From: Camelus ferus
Lineage: Eukaryota
DNA: 64,000 nt
Direction of reading: 5' to 3'
NCBI RefSeq assembly: GCF_009834535.1
Contig: NC_045697.1
Location: 8,062,001 to 8,126,000, forward strand
Within the stretch, counting starts at the first letter, position 1. Each line of letters begins with the position of its first letter. A program made the translations under genes and the position numbers. The notes under the pieces are model-generated. The model was not told the origin of the DNA, ran no database searches, and saw nothing but the letters and a program-made list of their open reading frames with translations. Positions 37,022 through 50,220 of the stretch are shown one piece after another.

Positions 37022-39683
37022 TTTCTATAAACCTCAGAGAACCTGTAACAAAGAACTAGCTCTTTTATAGGCCTGGGTGTTGGGCTGGTTTCCTGTGGGG
37101 CATTAACAGGATTGATGTTGCCTCATTGTGGCCTCTGGACACATGCACCTTGATCTCTCTTTTACCTGCCTTTCGGAGCATCTTTAAGCGAATGCTGAAA
37201 GATTTGAAGAATATATTGAGAAAATCACTTGGTAAATGTGTTAAGGTTATACTGCCCATTCCTGGCACTTTTTAGAATGGTTATGAATTAGCCAATGTTA
37301 AAAATATGTCTTTATATTTTAGATGACACCTGACCCTCAAAGCTAGTGCTACTTTCTACTGTGGTGGGATGTTTGGGAGGCAGTTGGTGGGTTTTGCAAC
37401 CAGCCACGACTTTTTCTGTCATTAAGAGTGGTCTGGTCTTGGCATTAACACACCCTCATCCCTCACCATTTCTAGTTGCTGTGATGAATACTAACTAGCT
37501 CTTTTCAGAAAGACACATGATTTCTCCAAAATGCCTGCAGTCAATCATGTTTACCAAGAAACAGGCAATTCAAGCTGAAACAACCGTTATTTGCTACCTC
37601 TACCATTCCAGTGCCAAATAGTGTCACATTTATTTTTAATTTGAATTGATAAAATAAAAAGACCAGAGAAGATAAGCGACTTGGACATGGCCATGAAGCC
37701 AGTAAGGAGAATAGTTAGGGTACCCCCACTCTACAAAGGAAATTTCAGCAAAATACATTCTCTATAACACAAATATTTGTAATACATTGAGCTGTGATTT
37801 GGGCAAATCTCCAAAGCAAATATGGGCAGAATTCTCAGATTAACAATGTATTATTTGTGAAAGGAACAAATCTTCTGACCAGATATTTTTATGCAACTAA
37901 CAAATCTACCCTGATGTCTATAATATATCAAGCACAGTACTAGACTCTGACGGTACAAAGAAGAATCAGATTTGCACACGAGCCTCTGACCAGAAGGCCA
38001 GATGGCTGCCCCTGGCACCTCAGCCCAGCAACCCCCACCCAGAGGACAGGGCTGCTCTTTTTCACAAGGTTTTGGAGACAAAATAAGTCAAAAGCTGGTT
38101 AGGGAACTGGAGTGTCAGGTGACTAGAATGTGCTCCTGCAGATAATATTTATTTCCTTCAAAGTCCATCCCCCTGATTGTTACAGATTATTCCAAAGACG
38201 CTGCCGTTACTGGAAACCATTGCTCGGCATTGATTTCAGATTAATTTCAACTTTTATTCTGATTACCTCACAAATATATGATCATTTTGTGAAACTTGGA
38301 AAATAGATAAATTTGTAAGCTATTTTTTTAATTCCAAGAATTCTGTATGTCAAGATAATCATTATTAGTATGTCATTGTGCTTCCTTCTAATTTTGCACA
38401 CATCACTGAAACTTTTAAAATGGCTGAATCATAATCTATGGTATAGATATGTCATAATTTATTTAGCTGCACCTCTAAAAAGAAAAATTGGAGTTGTTTC
38501 TAATTTTTCATTATTATAACTAATATAGTTGTTATAAACATCTTTGTCTGCATTTTGGCTTTTTTGTCTCAGCTTGATTCCTTACAAGTGCTTGCTAAAT
38601 AGCTAAGTAAAGGCATTTTTTTTAATCTTTTGAGAGTGATCAAAAAGAAAAGTCTTTCTTCTTAAAATAAAAATTTGGTCCAGTTGCTTGGGGACCAAAT
38701 TCCGATGTGAACGTTTAAAAGATGATGGTGGGTAACAGTGGCTTCATTTCAAAATTGTGTGTGATTTTCCAGAACAGAGACATTTTGTCTTGTGAACAGC
38801 AAATGAACAGTCCTCAGTGCCTTGTGAGTAAAGCCCTAATCCCTTAATCTGTCAAGGAAGCCGTCTCCCGTATTTCACCATAAACTGGGACCCAATCTTA
38901 TCTGTAGCCAGTTCTCCTGTTAGTATTTAATTACTGCTTTATCTTTCTTCTTTCTCTATAATTTGCCATTTTCTTGTACACTTCATGTCTACCAGTCAGC
39001 TCCTAATCCTCCTGTCTCGTTTCCCACTCTTCAATTCATAACCTTCCTTTAATATCCTTCCTGATTTCTGTCAATTCTCACTGTCGTAACTGATCATTTT
39101 AGATAAAAATGACCCCTCTTCTGATAGAGAAGCAGAAAACTATTAAAACAGTTCTAGAGAAAACAATCTAAACACTCATTACAACCTAATTGCATGCTTG
39201 CCTGTATTACAGGTATGTGCACATTTATCTTACCTTTGCTGATAGAATTGCCTCTGAGGTTGTGATTTATGCCTTTAGAATTAGTCTTAACGGAAACCAA
39301 CAGAATCCTACACAAGTGAGATTTGCCCATGAATGTGGGGGAAAAACAGCTCTTCTTCCATGAGCTCTGTTATCAGTTCTTCTACCTTCTTTCCTGCTCT
39401 TTGCATCTCTTCCCCCGCCAAACCCCACCCTGCCATTAACCTGCCTCATCACTACTAGTTTTTAAGTCCCAGCACAACCATCTTCTGATGTGTCCTGTAA
39501 CCACGTGCAAGCATGGTCTGACCACTGCACTGAGAAGCTTCAAAGACAAAAGAGTGCAAATTGACCAAGTCATATGGATACTGGTGCTTACTACCTCAGA
39601 AGGCTTTTGTGATGAGATCAAATAAGACAGTCACAGGAAAATGTGATGCCACCAGTCTGATACAGGCATTCCTTCTTCATGAG

Positions 39684-40048
39684 TTCTATGGGCTGAATGT
39701 TCTTGTCCACCCAAAAGCCGTATGTTACAACCCTAATCCCAGCATGATAATATTTGGAGGTGGAGCCTTTGGGAGGTAATTTGGGCTTGAGGGCAGACCC
39801 CTCAGGAGGAGATTGGCACCCTGCTAAGAGGAGACATGAGGGCTTGCTTCCTCTGTCTTTAGGCCATGTGAGGAGAAGCTGGCCACCTGCAAACCAGAAG
39901 GGAAGCCAGCCCTCACCAGACATCAGGTCTGCCAGCGCCTTCATCTTGGACTTCCCAGCCTCCAGAACTGTAAGAAATGAATTTCTGTTGTTTAAGCCAC
40001 CCAGTCTATGGCATTTTTGTTATAGTGACCTCAACATCATTTAAACAG
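39684..40048 (+). mobile_element. MaLR solo LTR, MLT1A0-like
   Basis: 'ctatgggctgaatgtt...tttggaggtggagcctttgggaggtaatt...cttggacttcccagcctccagaactgtaagaaat'. Confidence 0.9.
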
Positions 40049-40334
40049 GAAACTTGTATCTCAAACAAAACTACTTAGAATTCTGTGAAATTGAGCAGAA
40101 CACATTCCTAGCCTCCACTTGCATCAAATTCTATCCAACTAGTCAAGACAGCAGCTGCATGGAGCCTGAAGGGGGATGTCCACCAGTTTAGGCAAAATGT
40201 AACATCACTCGGGCAAGATGTTACTGGTCTGTGGCAAAAACTGCAATGAGTCAGCTAGTGCCTGTGCTCAGGGAGAGATGAGCATTGATATATTGAGGAT
40301 AGGTCTCCTGGAAACAGGAGATGGCAGAGGGTGG

Positions 40335-40522
40335 AAAACACACTAGACTGGTTATTAAGAGCCTTGAAGTTTCCCAGACCTATAGCTTTAAACCCTAGTT
40401 CCATCATCTGTCAGCTCTTTGACCTTAGGAAGGATACTCAACATCTTTGCTCTCATTCTAAAGTGTGAGAAATTATGCAAAACTTAAAATGTATTATACA
40501 TAATAGCTCTTATATAACAGGC
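40335..40522 (+). mobile_element. MIR SINE (3' tail resumes at ~41060-41115 after the MLT1B)
   Basis: 'ttaagagc...cagacct...tttaaaccctagttccatca...tgaccttagg'; tail 'cccagtacacagtaggcttctaatacatggcagttat'. Confidence 0.65.
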
Positions 40523-41058
40523 TGTTATGGGGTGAACTGTGTTCTCCTGAAATTCATATGTTAAATTCCTAACCAGCAGTACCTCTAAATGTGTCTTTAT
40601 CTGTAAGGTCTTTAAGGATGTAATTGAGTTGAAATGAGGTCCTTAGGGTGGCCGTAATCTGGTTAGCGTGCTTATGTAGTTAACCTTTAATGAAAAAGAA
40701 TATGAGAGTGAATACATGTATGTATATGTATGACTGAAACACTATTCTGTACACTAGAAATTGACACATTGTAACTGACTAGACTTCAATTTAAAAATCC
40801 ATACATGAAATTATGCAACTAATTTTTTTTTAAAAAAGAGCAATTAAAACACTGATACAGTCAAAGGGAAGACCATATGAAGACACAGGTTGAAGATGGC
40901 CACGAACAAGCCAAAGAGAGAGGCCTCAGAAGAAATAGACCCTGCTGAAACCTTGATCTCAGACTTCTAGACCTCAGCACTGTGAGCAGATGCATTTCTG
41001 TTCTTTAAGCCACCTGGTCCAAGGAGCTTTGTCATGGTGGTCCTAAGAAACTAATATA
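40523..41058 (+). mobile_element. MaLR solo LTR, MLT1B-like, interrupted by an L1 fragment
   Basis: 'tgttatggggtgaactgtgt...aaatgaggtccttagggtgg' and 'caagccaaagagagaggcctcagaagaaa...aagaaactaatata'. Confidence 0.88.
40672..40835 (+). mobile_element. Short young L1 3' end inside the MLT1B
   Basis: 'gaaaaagaatatgagagtgaatacatgtatgtatatgtatgactgaaac...aaattgacacattgtaactgact', same family as 22062 and 43518. Confidence 0.85.
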
Positions 41059-42149
41059 ACATCTCAAGCACCACACCCAGTACACAGTAGGCTTCTAATA
41101 CATGGCAGTTATCTTCATTTACATATTAATGTTTATAATCTAGCATGAAAAAATAAATTTTAGGACATATATATGATAAATAGCTGGATAAGATTTCTTA
41201 CTTAAAATCCTCTGGATAAAATTCTTCTCAAATTAACTACTTGAAGTAACACATATGTTTACCTTGAATATTTGGCTCAAAGCATTGCCATAGTGATAGA
41301 ACAGATTTTACTGAACCTTCTTCTTTTTTTTTTTTTTTTTTTATTAAAGTAAAATTTGGGAAGGTCTCCAAAGCCAAGAGGCCCAGCCAGGTATGCAGGT
41401 GAAAGCAGAGCCAAGCTCTTCCTGCCAGAAGAAGCCAGTGCTGCTCTGCCAGCAGAAGTGGTGGATGGAGAGGCCAGGTCAGTGCGTGGAAGGAAGAGGC
41501 TATCGTGGAGAGGTCCAAAGTCATGGCGAAGAAAAACATCACCTCAGACAAAACAATTCAGAAGAGACAGTCCTTGCTCGGACACAGCTTCTGCCACACC
41601 TTTGGGTAAACCGAGGTTCTTCCTGCCTGGGTTCCCAAGGGGTCCTAGAACCCCATCAACAGTGCGGCACCTGCTGTGGGTCATCACTGTGGCCCACGGC
41701 CAGTCTGAGCCTGACCAATGTCCCTGCCAGGTAGTTTAAGGCGTACACTTTGAAGGCACCCGTGGTGTCAGGAACTATGAAATGCACTCCTGAATCCCAG
41801 AGAGAAGCAAGCGGGTTAAACAAAACAGTAGGAGACACAGCTGAGATTCACAGTCAGGTCTTTTAATGTTAAATTCTGCTCTCCATGGAGACAGGCTACC
41901 ACAGTCATGGGTGGTTGATGAAACATACACAGTATAAATCTGGCATGTGTAAGCTTGATGGTAATAAAAATAAATTCAGTATAGAAGTTTCCTTCTTAGA
42001 GAAGTAGCTGGGAAGAGTGAAAGAAATTATATTTGTTCCCTTTTCTTTCAGTTAAAGGAATATAATAATTACCCTTCCCATTCCCACGAGATTGTTATCA
42101 GGTTTAAGTGAGAAAATGCATGCAAATTACATTGCTTTATTTTAGGAAA

Positions 42150-42370
42150 TATTGGAACTGAGTGTAATGACTGGGCTTTGGAGTCTTTTGATCCTGGCTG
42201 GGCATCTGAACCCTACAACCTAAATCTGTAATTATGGGTAAGTTTCTTAGAGTCTCTAAACCTGTGTCCTCATCTGTAAAATGAGAGTCCTGACAGCTTT
42301 TTCACAGGGCTTTTTTAGGATTAAATGAAAACATTGATGTAAAATGTCTGGTGTATAAGTCATGCTCTGT
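42150..42370 (+). mobile_element. MIR SINE
   Basis: 'tgggctttggagtc...gggtaagtttcttagagtctctaaacctgtgtcctcatctgtaaaatgag...aggattaaatga'. Confidence 0.8.
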
Positions 42371-42455
42371 CATTCTAATGTCCCATCTTCCCTGTGCAAT
42401 TGTTTGGGACTAAGTTTCTGAACTTCATCGTTCTCCGAGAAAATATGTCTCCACA

Positions 42456-42458
<3 letters not shown>

Positions 42459-42492
<34 letters not shown>
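42459..42492. repeat. Poly-T homopolymer (34 nt)
   Basis: Read directly from the sequence. Confidence 0.95.
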
Positions 42493-43329
42493 CTGCCTGC
42501 TCTAAAGGCAACTCAGAAATACCATAGTGATCACTAGCATTCTTTGGAGTGACTATTGGAAAATATTAACAGCCACTTTATGGATTCAAAATTGACCCCA
42601 AGAGGTGTTCCAGTATTTTGTTGTGTTATTTGGCTTCATATGTTCCCCACTGCATTTCACTGCCTACCATGTTGGCAGGTGATACGGAATAAGGAAAAAA
42701 TAAATCTGGGGCCAAAGCATATACCGGAATCCATCATTCATTTTAGGTAGCCTGAGGCTGCATCTGTAATGTGCCAAAACAACCAATCTACGCAGAAAGA
42801 AAATCTTCCAAGCTGCTCATTTGCTATCAGGTATCTAATAATTAACACGATTTGATGAAGACATGGCCTTCATTTTTTTTTTAAGTCATCCTTCCTTTAC
42901 CTGTGCCTAGATTTTGTAAGGTGATGACAAACTCTGTTGAGTCATAATAAGGAGAAATTTGATAGCAAATTTGATTTCCATTATCTATGTTTTTTAACTG
43001 GTTGACTTAAGAGAACCTGATAATTTCACTTGTGTGTGTTTATTAAGGATTTAATGTGGAGCCACAGTCTAATCATTTCCAACATGAATTTAGCTATGTT
43101 ACAGTAAATCAGGGAAATGAAGCACGCTACATAAATTTCATTACTATTAAAATAAAGGTCACGTTCAAAGAAGAGGGGGGTGTCAGCTGGAAATTAATGC
43201 CTGGTTTTAAATGTATAGGGATTAAAAATTTAAATTGCACAGCTCAATTCTGTTAATATTGAAATGCATAATTTGAAACACTGGCAGATTCAATAAAGAG
43301 GATTCAAATGAAGGAGTCAAAGTTTTAAA

Positions 43330-43456
43330 GTTTCTTTCAACTGATTGCGAATATAAATCACTTGGGAAGGTTCTTAATCATGCAGATTCCTGGACCCCAC
43401 CCTGAAGATTCCAATTCAGTAATCTGGGGTAAGGGGCGTCGATAAAAGCTCCCAGG
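43330..43456. mobile_element. MER5-family hAT-Charlie MITE (interrupted by L1)
   Basis: 'aatcacttgggaag...atgcagattcctggaccccaccctgaagattccaattcagtaatctgggg'. Confidence 0.75.
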
Positions 43457-43780
43457 TTGTATGAGCTGTTTGTATATTCTGGAAATTAAGCCCTTCTCAG
43501 TCGCATGGTTTGCAAATAAAATTTATGGTTAGTGGAGGGGAAGGGAGTGGGAAGGGATAATTGGAAGTTTGAGATTTGTAGATACTAGCTATTATATATA
43601 AAATAGATAAATAACAAGGTCCTACTGTACAGCACAGGGAACTCTATTCAATATCATATAGTAACATATAATGAAGAAGAATATGAAAAGGAATATATGC
43701 ATGTATGTGTATGACTGAAACATTATGCTCTACACCAGAAACTGACACAACATCATACACTGACTATACTTCAATAAAAA
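43457..43780 (+). mobile_element. 5'-inverted, truncated young L1
   Basis: 43457-43517 is antisense ORF2 sequence; 43518-43780 is sense 3'UTR ending ttcaataaaaa; degenerate TSD aaaagctcccagg / agaaacttccagg. Confidence 0.8.
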
Positions 43781-44720
43781 AGAAACTTCCAGGGGTTTCT
43801 GAGTCTCAAAATTATAAATTAAATTGCTGTGTACTCACCTGACTTGCTTCCTGGTCTCCACTCTAACTTCCACCAGTATCTTGAGACCTTAGTTGTTTCC
43901 TGCCCCAGACTCTTGTAACAAACCCTGCCCTTCATTGTAGGGATTAAAAAGGCTTCCTATCTGGAGCTCTGGTTCTTAAATATCAAATCACCTTTGTGCT
44001 TGGTGTCAAATACAAATAAATCCAGGCTTGTGTAAAGAGAAACTTTATTCAAAAAGATTATTGCAAGAGGGCAGGAAAGAAAAACATCAAGTAGAAAAAA
44101 AATTTTATTGCTGTTTTTCAATGTTTTTATTTGCCAGTCTTTGACCTGGTAACCCATTCCACAGTTTCTGAGTGTCTGCTGTATTCCTGAAACTGCCTTT
44201 AATTCAGGAGATGCAAGTGTCACTGAGATGAAGAATATTGTAGCCTAGCAGATATGTAAACAAAGTAGCAAAAAAAAAAAAAAAAAGGCAATGCATTTTA
44301 TAATTGAAGAATGTGCCGGCTGATCTGGAGAGCAGGAAGAGAAACTTCCTTTTCTTTCTTTTCCTTTATCAAGGTGAACTAGAGAGGAAATATCCATTTG
44401 TTAAAACTTTTGGTGCCTCATTCTCCAGTCCACACTCCTCTCCAAGTATTGTGATCTTGAGAAGGGACCCAGGGAAATTTTTCTCACTTTAATAGACCAT
44501 GTTCACTGTTCTTCTTGTGGCCTTGTGATCACCTTCTTGGTAAGGTCTGGGAACTCAGAGGGAGGTTTACGGTTCCCCAGTCCTACCCAGCAATGGATGG
44601 GTTAGTCACCCTAATTCTGGTGATAGCGTTAGAACATCAGACCCATTGTTGGAAAGTCCCTTATCAGTTCTAGCAATAGAATAGCTGTTATTTTTAAAAA
44701 ATATCTCTTCCTACTGTATC

Positions 44721-44929
44721 CCTGGTGTGCTGGTGTTTAGCAGTTCCTGCTCTCTGGTGGGAAAAAAGCTGACTTGCAGCATTTGCAGATTTCTTTTCTT
44801 TCTTGGTGTAAATTTCTCTACCATGGTTGAAATCAAGGTACCAACAAAAAGTCACTGACAGTAGCATTGGGTGAGATGTATACAATCAGTTCTCGCTACC
44901 TCATCGGAACCAGCTCCAATACATCATTG
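44721..44929. mobile_element. MER63-like hAT-Blackjack MITE
   Basis: Diverged TIRs 'tggtgtgctgg' and 'ccaatacatcattg'; internal 'ggtgtaaatttctctaccatgg...caaggtaccaac'. Confidence 0.75.
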
Positions 44930-45610
44930 TCTGAGACACTGACCTCTGGATGAGGGACTCTAGAATTTATCCTCCAAACACCAGAGGGGAAAGTGGATGC
45001 TATCTATCAGGACTTCTAAATTTCCAACTGGAGCATTTCACTAAGTTTCAAAGGTCACAAAACGCATTAAATTGGATGTGTAGCTTCAATTATCTAGGAG
45101 ATTGCTTGGGATACAAGAAGGGAGGGTACTCAAGGAACGGGGAGTGATATGTGCAAAGACACATAGGCTTAAAAGATTCAAATGGGGGCAATTCAGTCTG
45201 ACTAGAATTCAGCACACATATAGGGCAACAGTGAGGGATGAAATTGTAAAGATGAGCTTCAGTTTTTCTTATGAAAAGTTTGCATGCCATGTGGAATAAG
45301 GAGAAAACATTTTTTCTTTGAATTTTATTAATATCTAATACCAGAATTATTGGTAAGCTGAGACTTCTCATCATGAAGAAAAATAACAACCTAGAAATCA
45401 TAGCGAGTCTAGGATGTGCTGATCTGAAGGCATTAGAGAATAGCACAGCATTGATCCCCTCCCTCCCGACAGTGTGAGTGGTGTGTGTGGCTGTACTGGA
45501 GGTCGGGCAGATGAGAAGATCAGGGGAACAATGAGGTGTGAGACAGTGACGAAGAAAAAAAAGGAACCTAGGAAGATGATGGTTAAAAAAAAAAAGAGAG
45601 ACCCTATAAT

Positions 45611-46128
45611 TGTTACTGAATCCAAACTTGTTCTGCTCATTGCACAACAGACCAATAAATCAGGAAACAAGGTGTTGGGGCAAAAAATAATGACTTTATT
45701 TGGAAAGCCAGCAGACCGAGAAGATGGGGGGCTAATGTCTTAGAGAACCATCTTCCCCAAGTCAGAATTCGTACTCCTTCTACACTAAAAAGGGGAGGGG
45801 CTGTGGTTGGTTGTTGCAGACTTCTTGGGGTCATAATCCTTTGTTCTTGCAGCTGTCCATGTAGGTCAGGTCATGATGTTCCTGTAAACCTCCAACAAAA
45901 CAAATGTTATTCTCTGTTCTGCAACTTTTTATCTCTATATGAATGGAAAACAGTTATACCCTTAAAGGTCAGAGTTTGAGAATGGGCTGTCCTATATATT
46001 TCAGGTCATAGGCAACATTATTTTACAAAAGGTGCAGAACCAGCATGAGTCAGCCCAGGCAGCAGAGCACAGTGTTAGAGCCAAAGGGCAGATCTGATAT
46101 GGAGTCAGATTTGTTCTTCCCTATTACA
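45611..46128 (-). mobile_element. ERV1-class solo LTR (MER34/MER39-related), copy A
   Basis: tg...ca termini, minus-strand AATAAA, 4 bp TSD taat; homologous end to end with 58657-59175. Confidence 0.9.
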
Positions 46129-46144
46129 TAATGGGAATGTCAAT

Positions 46145-46412
46145 AACAGCAGTGATGACTACAATCCAATAGGAGCAAACCTTTTGGAACACTTATCATG
46201 GGCCAGATGCCATTACCAACAAATGCTTTACATGCATTAACACTTTTACACCTCACAATTACCCTAAGACATTAATGTTTCTACTTATGCCTATTTTCCA
46301 ACTGAGGAACATACTGGTAAGTTAAAGAATTTCAAGATTATCTAAATGGTATATATTGGGGCATGGGTTCAACACCAGTCAGTGTACACACTTGGCCACT
46401 TATTGTACTATA
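46145..46412 (-). mobile_element. MIR SINE
   Basis: 'aaatgctttacatgcattaac...cctcacaattaccctaag...cctattttccaactgaggaa'. Confidence 0.8.
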
Positions 46413-47369
46413 CTGCTCCTTGAGAAGAATGTTGGGGGAACTATGTCCACTACAGATTTTATTTTGCTTGAAATGAGGTGTGTGCATGCACCCAGTTTCT
46501 CCACGCAGCCCACTCCACTCCAGAGTTCTTTATACCAATAAATATACTAGTAGTTTGCTTGCTTGTTGGTTTGTTTCTGTGGAAACTAATGTAGAGGCTG
46601 AGTTGACACTGAAAGCCGGAGACTGCTTTTAAGAGAGAGTCAGAGGAGGAAGAGGATGCACTGAAAACAATAGTTTCCCTCACCTTGGAAATTTACCAGA
46701 AAAATCAAGGCATTTTGATGTTTGTGGATCATGAAACACAGGTGTTCTTATTTTAATCTGAAGGAGCAGAGGGAACCCAGCAGACATCTGGGTATACACA
46801 CTACAATTTAGCTTTCATCTTGCAGCTGCTGAGAAGACATCAGTTGCTCCCAGCATAGGAGAGTCTTTTGATCAGATCTGCAGTTCAGAGTACATATCAT
46901 GATGGAATGAAGGACCATGAGAGAAGATTGTCTGGATAAGAACAAAACTGTGGAGCTGGACTCAGGAGATTTTTTTCCAAGGAATTATGAACAAAATATT
47001 TTGAGGAACTAAATTAGGGTAGTAGCAGCAAGAATGTTTAGCGGAGACAGGATTCAGAAAAAGGGTAGTAGAGAAAATAAAGGAATTTTGTCAATTACCG
47101 GTTTTAGGAAATTAGAGAATCATCTCAATATAATACCTGGCTTAAACAACTGGCCAGTCGATAGCAGCTCTTCCAAGGCAAGGAAAAGATAAATTCGAAG
47201 TAATAAAATAAGTTAGATTTTGAAATGTGAAATGTGGGTCCTGTGAAAATCCCAAGAGAAAAAATATCTGGTAGATAATTTAATATATAGGGATGAAGAT
47301 ACAGATTGGGGTCCTCAGAAGTAAAATTTAAGATTATCAGTATTGAAAGAATCCGTGGGCATGCATTCT

Positions 47370-47570
47370 GTGGCTTCCAATATGGTAGCCACTAGCCACA
47401 CATGGCTATAGAGCAGTTGAAAAATACCCAGTTCAGCTAATAAACAGAATTTTACATTTTATTTAATTTAATTAATTTACTTTTAATTTGCCATACATGG
47501 CCAGTGGCTACCATATTAAACAAAAGATAACTTTTCCATTATCACAGAAAGTTAGACTGGCAGCAGTGGA
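47370..47570. mobile_element. MER3-like hAT-Charlie MITE
   Basis: Internal inverted repeat aatatggtagccactagcca (47379-47398) and tggccagtggctaccatatt (47498-47517), AT-rich spacer, 'ttccattatcacagaaagtt' end. Confidence 0.85.
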
Positions 47571-48527
47571 TTAGATCTCTTGGGGACAGCAAATAGGGAA
47601 AAGGACTAGGAATTTAACTCTCAGGGACCCAACCAATTAAATTAAATTAGGATCTTAATTGTTAGAAATAAAAACTATGCTTGTTTCTTAGTCCTATTAA
47701 CTCCATCGGTTCCTTATTTTACCATGCCCTAGTCTGACTCCTCACAATCTAACCAATATCCTATTTTCTCCAAGTTGGAGACCCTGCACTGCTCTGGCCA
47801 GTCTTCCTGGTGTCCTCCTCTACGCACTGCTCAGCATGGTGTCCCAGCAACTCCGTCCAGTCTCTCTGGCTCCGACCCATCCACTCACCTTACACTCTGC
47901 CAGTTAATTACTCTCATTGACTGTACTTGCCTGCCTCAGATCCTGACACCCTACACTGCTATTTGTTCCCCATCACATCAGTCTCTGAATGCTGTCTTCT
48001 GGTTGCCCAACTACACTCCTCTATCTGACTTACTGGTTACTGAGTGAGTATCATAGTCTTCTGAGCTCTCACTGTGTCAACAGGAAACTCCCAGAGAGTA
48101 ACACGTGGCAATGGAAGGAGAAGCAGCTTGGAAGTCTGCAGCCTGGAGAGCCATTGTGGGTGTATTATTTTGTCCATGGTCTGTGCAGTAATGTGAGACA
48201 TTTAGCCCGTCCATTAAGGATAGGAGAGAACCTCGCACGACTCCGCCAACTGGGAAACTTCACAAGCTTCTTCCACAGATAAACGCCTCTACCTCACCAG
48301 AGTAGGGCTTCAGGACAATCAGCCATCTTAGCCTGTGATTGACTGGTTTCATTATTGTCGGGTTACCTTTAAAACACTTCCAAAAACCATTAAGATGGGA
48401 TAAAAGACAGCATGGACTTTGGAATGAGACAAGTGATTTAGCCTAACTTTTCTCATCTATAGATGTAGATCCATATATATTTGTAGGGATGTCACAAAGA
48501 TAGCAAAAATTATTTTAAGACATCTGG

Positions 48528-49022
48528 TGTATTAATCAGAACTGCTGGTCCCAATTCAGACAAGCTTACACAAAAGGGGATTTATTGGAAGGAAACAGGA
48601 GTATCTCCAAGATGAGCTGAGAAACCAAGCTTCCAAAAAATAGGAACCAGAGAAAGCTGTAGACCACGTGACTGGAGTCAGATCCTCTCTTCCACAATTT
48701 ACAGAATTTTGGGAGGAATATATTGACTCCACCGTCTCCTACCATGAGCTGATATTTTCATGCAGCAAGGCATGTATGGTCACAGGGGGCTCCCAGTCTC
48801 ACATCAGCATAAAGTCATCACACCAGCAGAGACATCTCTCTTGCAGTCTTGGTGTGGCAAATTCTAGGCATGATTTCTCCTTGACCTGTGCTGAGTCAGA
48901 TGCGGTCATGCTGGACAAGGAGGTGAAATGGGGCAGGTCTTTTCTGAAACATATTTTAAAGAAGCAGTTCACAGAAGAAGTAGATGTGACTCAGAAAGGA
49001 GAATCCATGAGCATTCACCACA
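48528..49022 (-). mobile_element. Old MaLR solo LTR (MLT1N/O-like) nested in a MIR
   Basis: tg...ca termini; 'cccaattcagacaagcttacacaaaaggggatttattggaagg'; TSD tctgg/tctag; MIR halves on both sides. Confidence 0.7.
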
Positions 49023-50220
49023 TCTAGAATATATTGTTGGCGCTCAACAATTGGTGGCATAATACGGGCAATATTTTGAGAACTTCATGATCTTATTAAA
49101 TTATTAAGACCCTGATCAGTGCTCTTTTCTCTAATGTCAGTACATTTACCATAACTAAGTTGATTAAATATTACCAGATATCATGATTAAGAAAGAGCTA
49201 TCAATAATCTATCTTAAAAATAGTGTTGGAAATTTGGGATGGAAACAGCCTGAGATTACCTCTGTTCCCCATTGAATTATAACCAGTAAGAAGAGATGAG
49301 AATAGCTATCAAGTACAGTTCAAGGTCCCATGTTTACTAATGGTTCAAAAAGAATCCAATCACTTCCAAATGTATAGAGTCTGATGAACTCTATCAGGGG
49401 ACAAGCCTTTAGCATGAAAACAAAGATACATTTTCACTCCCAGATCTGAAGCGGGTAAGTGTGTTGTGCAAATCTTACATACCCTCTGCATGAGTTAAAT
49501 ACTGCCAAACAGCAGAGACTCTGGGTAACCTGATCATAGTAACAGGGGGAAAAAAATGTAAGCCCAAACAAGAAATCACGAAAGTGTGGACCTCCAGTGG
49601 GTCTGAGTTCAGGCCAGTGTAAAAGGTCAGGAGACAGAAGACAGACTTTCTGCATGATCTCTAGTCTCTACTGAAGTCCATCCCGATGCAAGCCAGGATA
49701 GGTACTCCTCCTGCCTTGGGGAACAGAGAGAAGCAATACGTCTCCCACAGCCCTTCCCTGTAAGGCAAATGGAATGCCAGATGTTTCTTCCTTTACACTA
49801 TGATGTAGAGATTCAGGAGAGAAGGAGAAAGTTTTCCCCTAAGCATGTTTTTGACATTGACTTTAATCTTAAATGATTGAAGAACTCCTGACACCATGTT
49901 CCCATCATCTTCTTTCCTACCAGTTCAGGATATTCCCATTGATGCCTCTCCTGTCTCCTCCAGAGCAATCTACCTGAATTACTTCAAGGAACCCTTGTAG
50001 TATATGCCAAATGTTGAGACACCCTCTTCTGCCTGGTCTCTTCCACCAAAACAATCTAGCTCACATCACAGTGTAAACCAATGCCAAGTTCTCCTATGGC
50101 ATAGTCCAGTGTGCCCCAAATGTCATCCAATAAAGTGAGTGTCTTTTCTCTTCATTCTTACTTATCTTACTCATTACATGATCCAAGAAGCAGTATTGCC
50201 TCTTGCTCCTAAAGGCTTAT

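Noticed and set aside
45090..45647. Longest ORF (185 aa, minus strand)
   Set aside because: Starts inside an LTR, has low-complexity F/L-rich composition, no recognisable domain and no exon structure.
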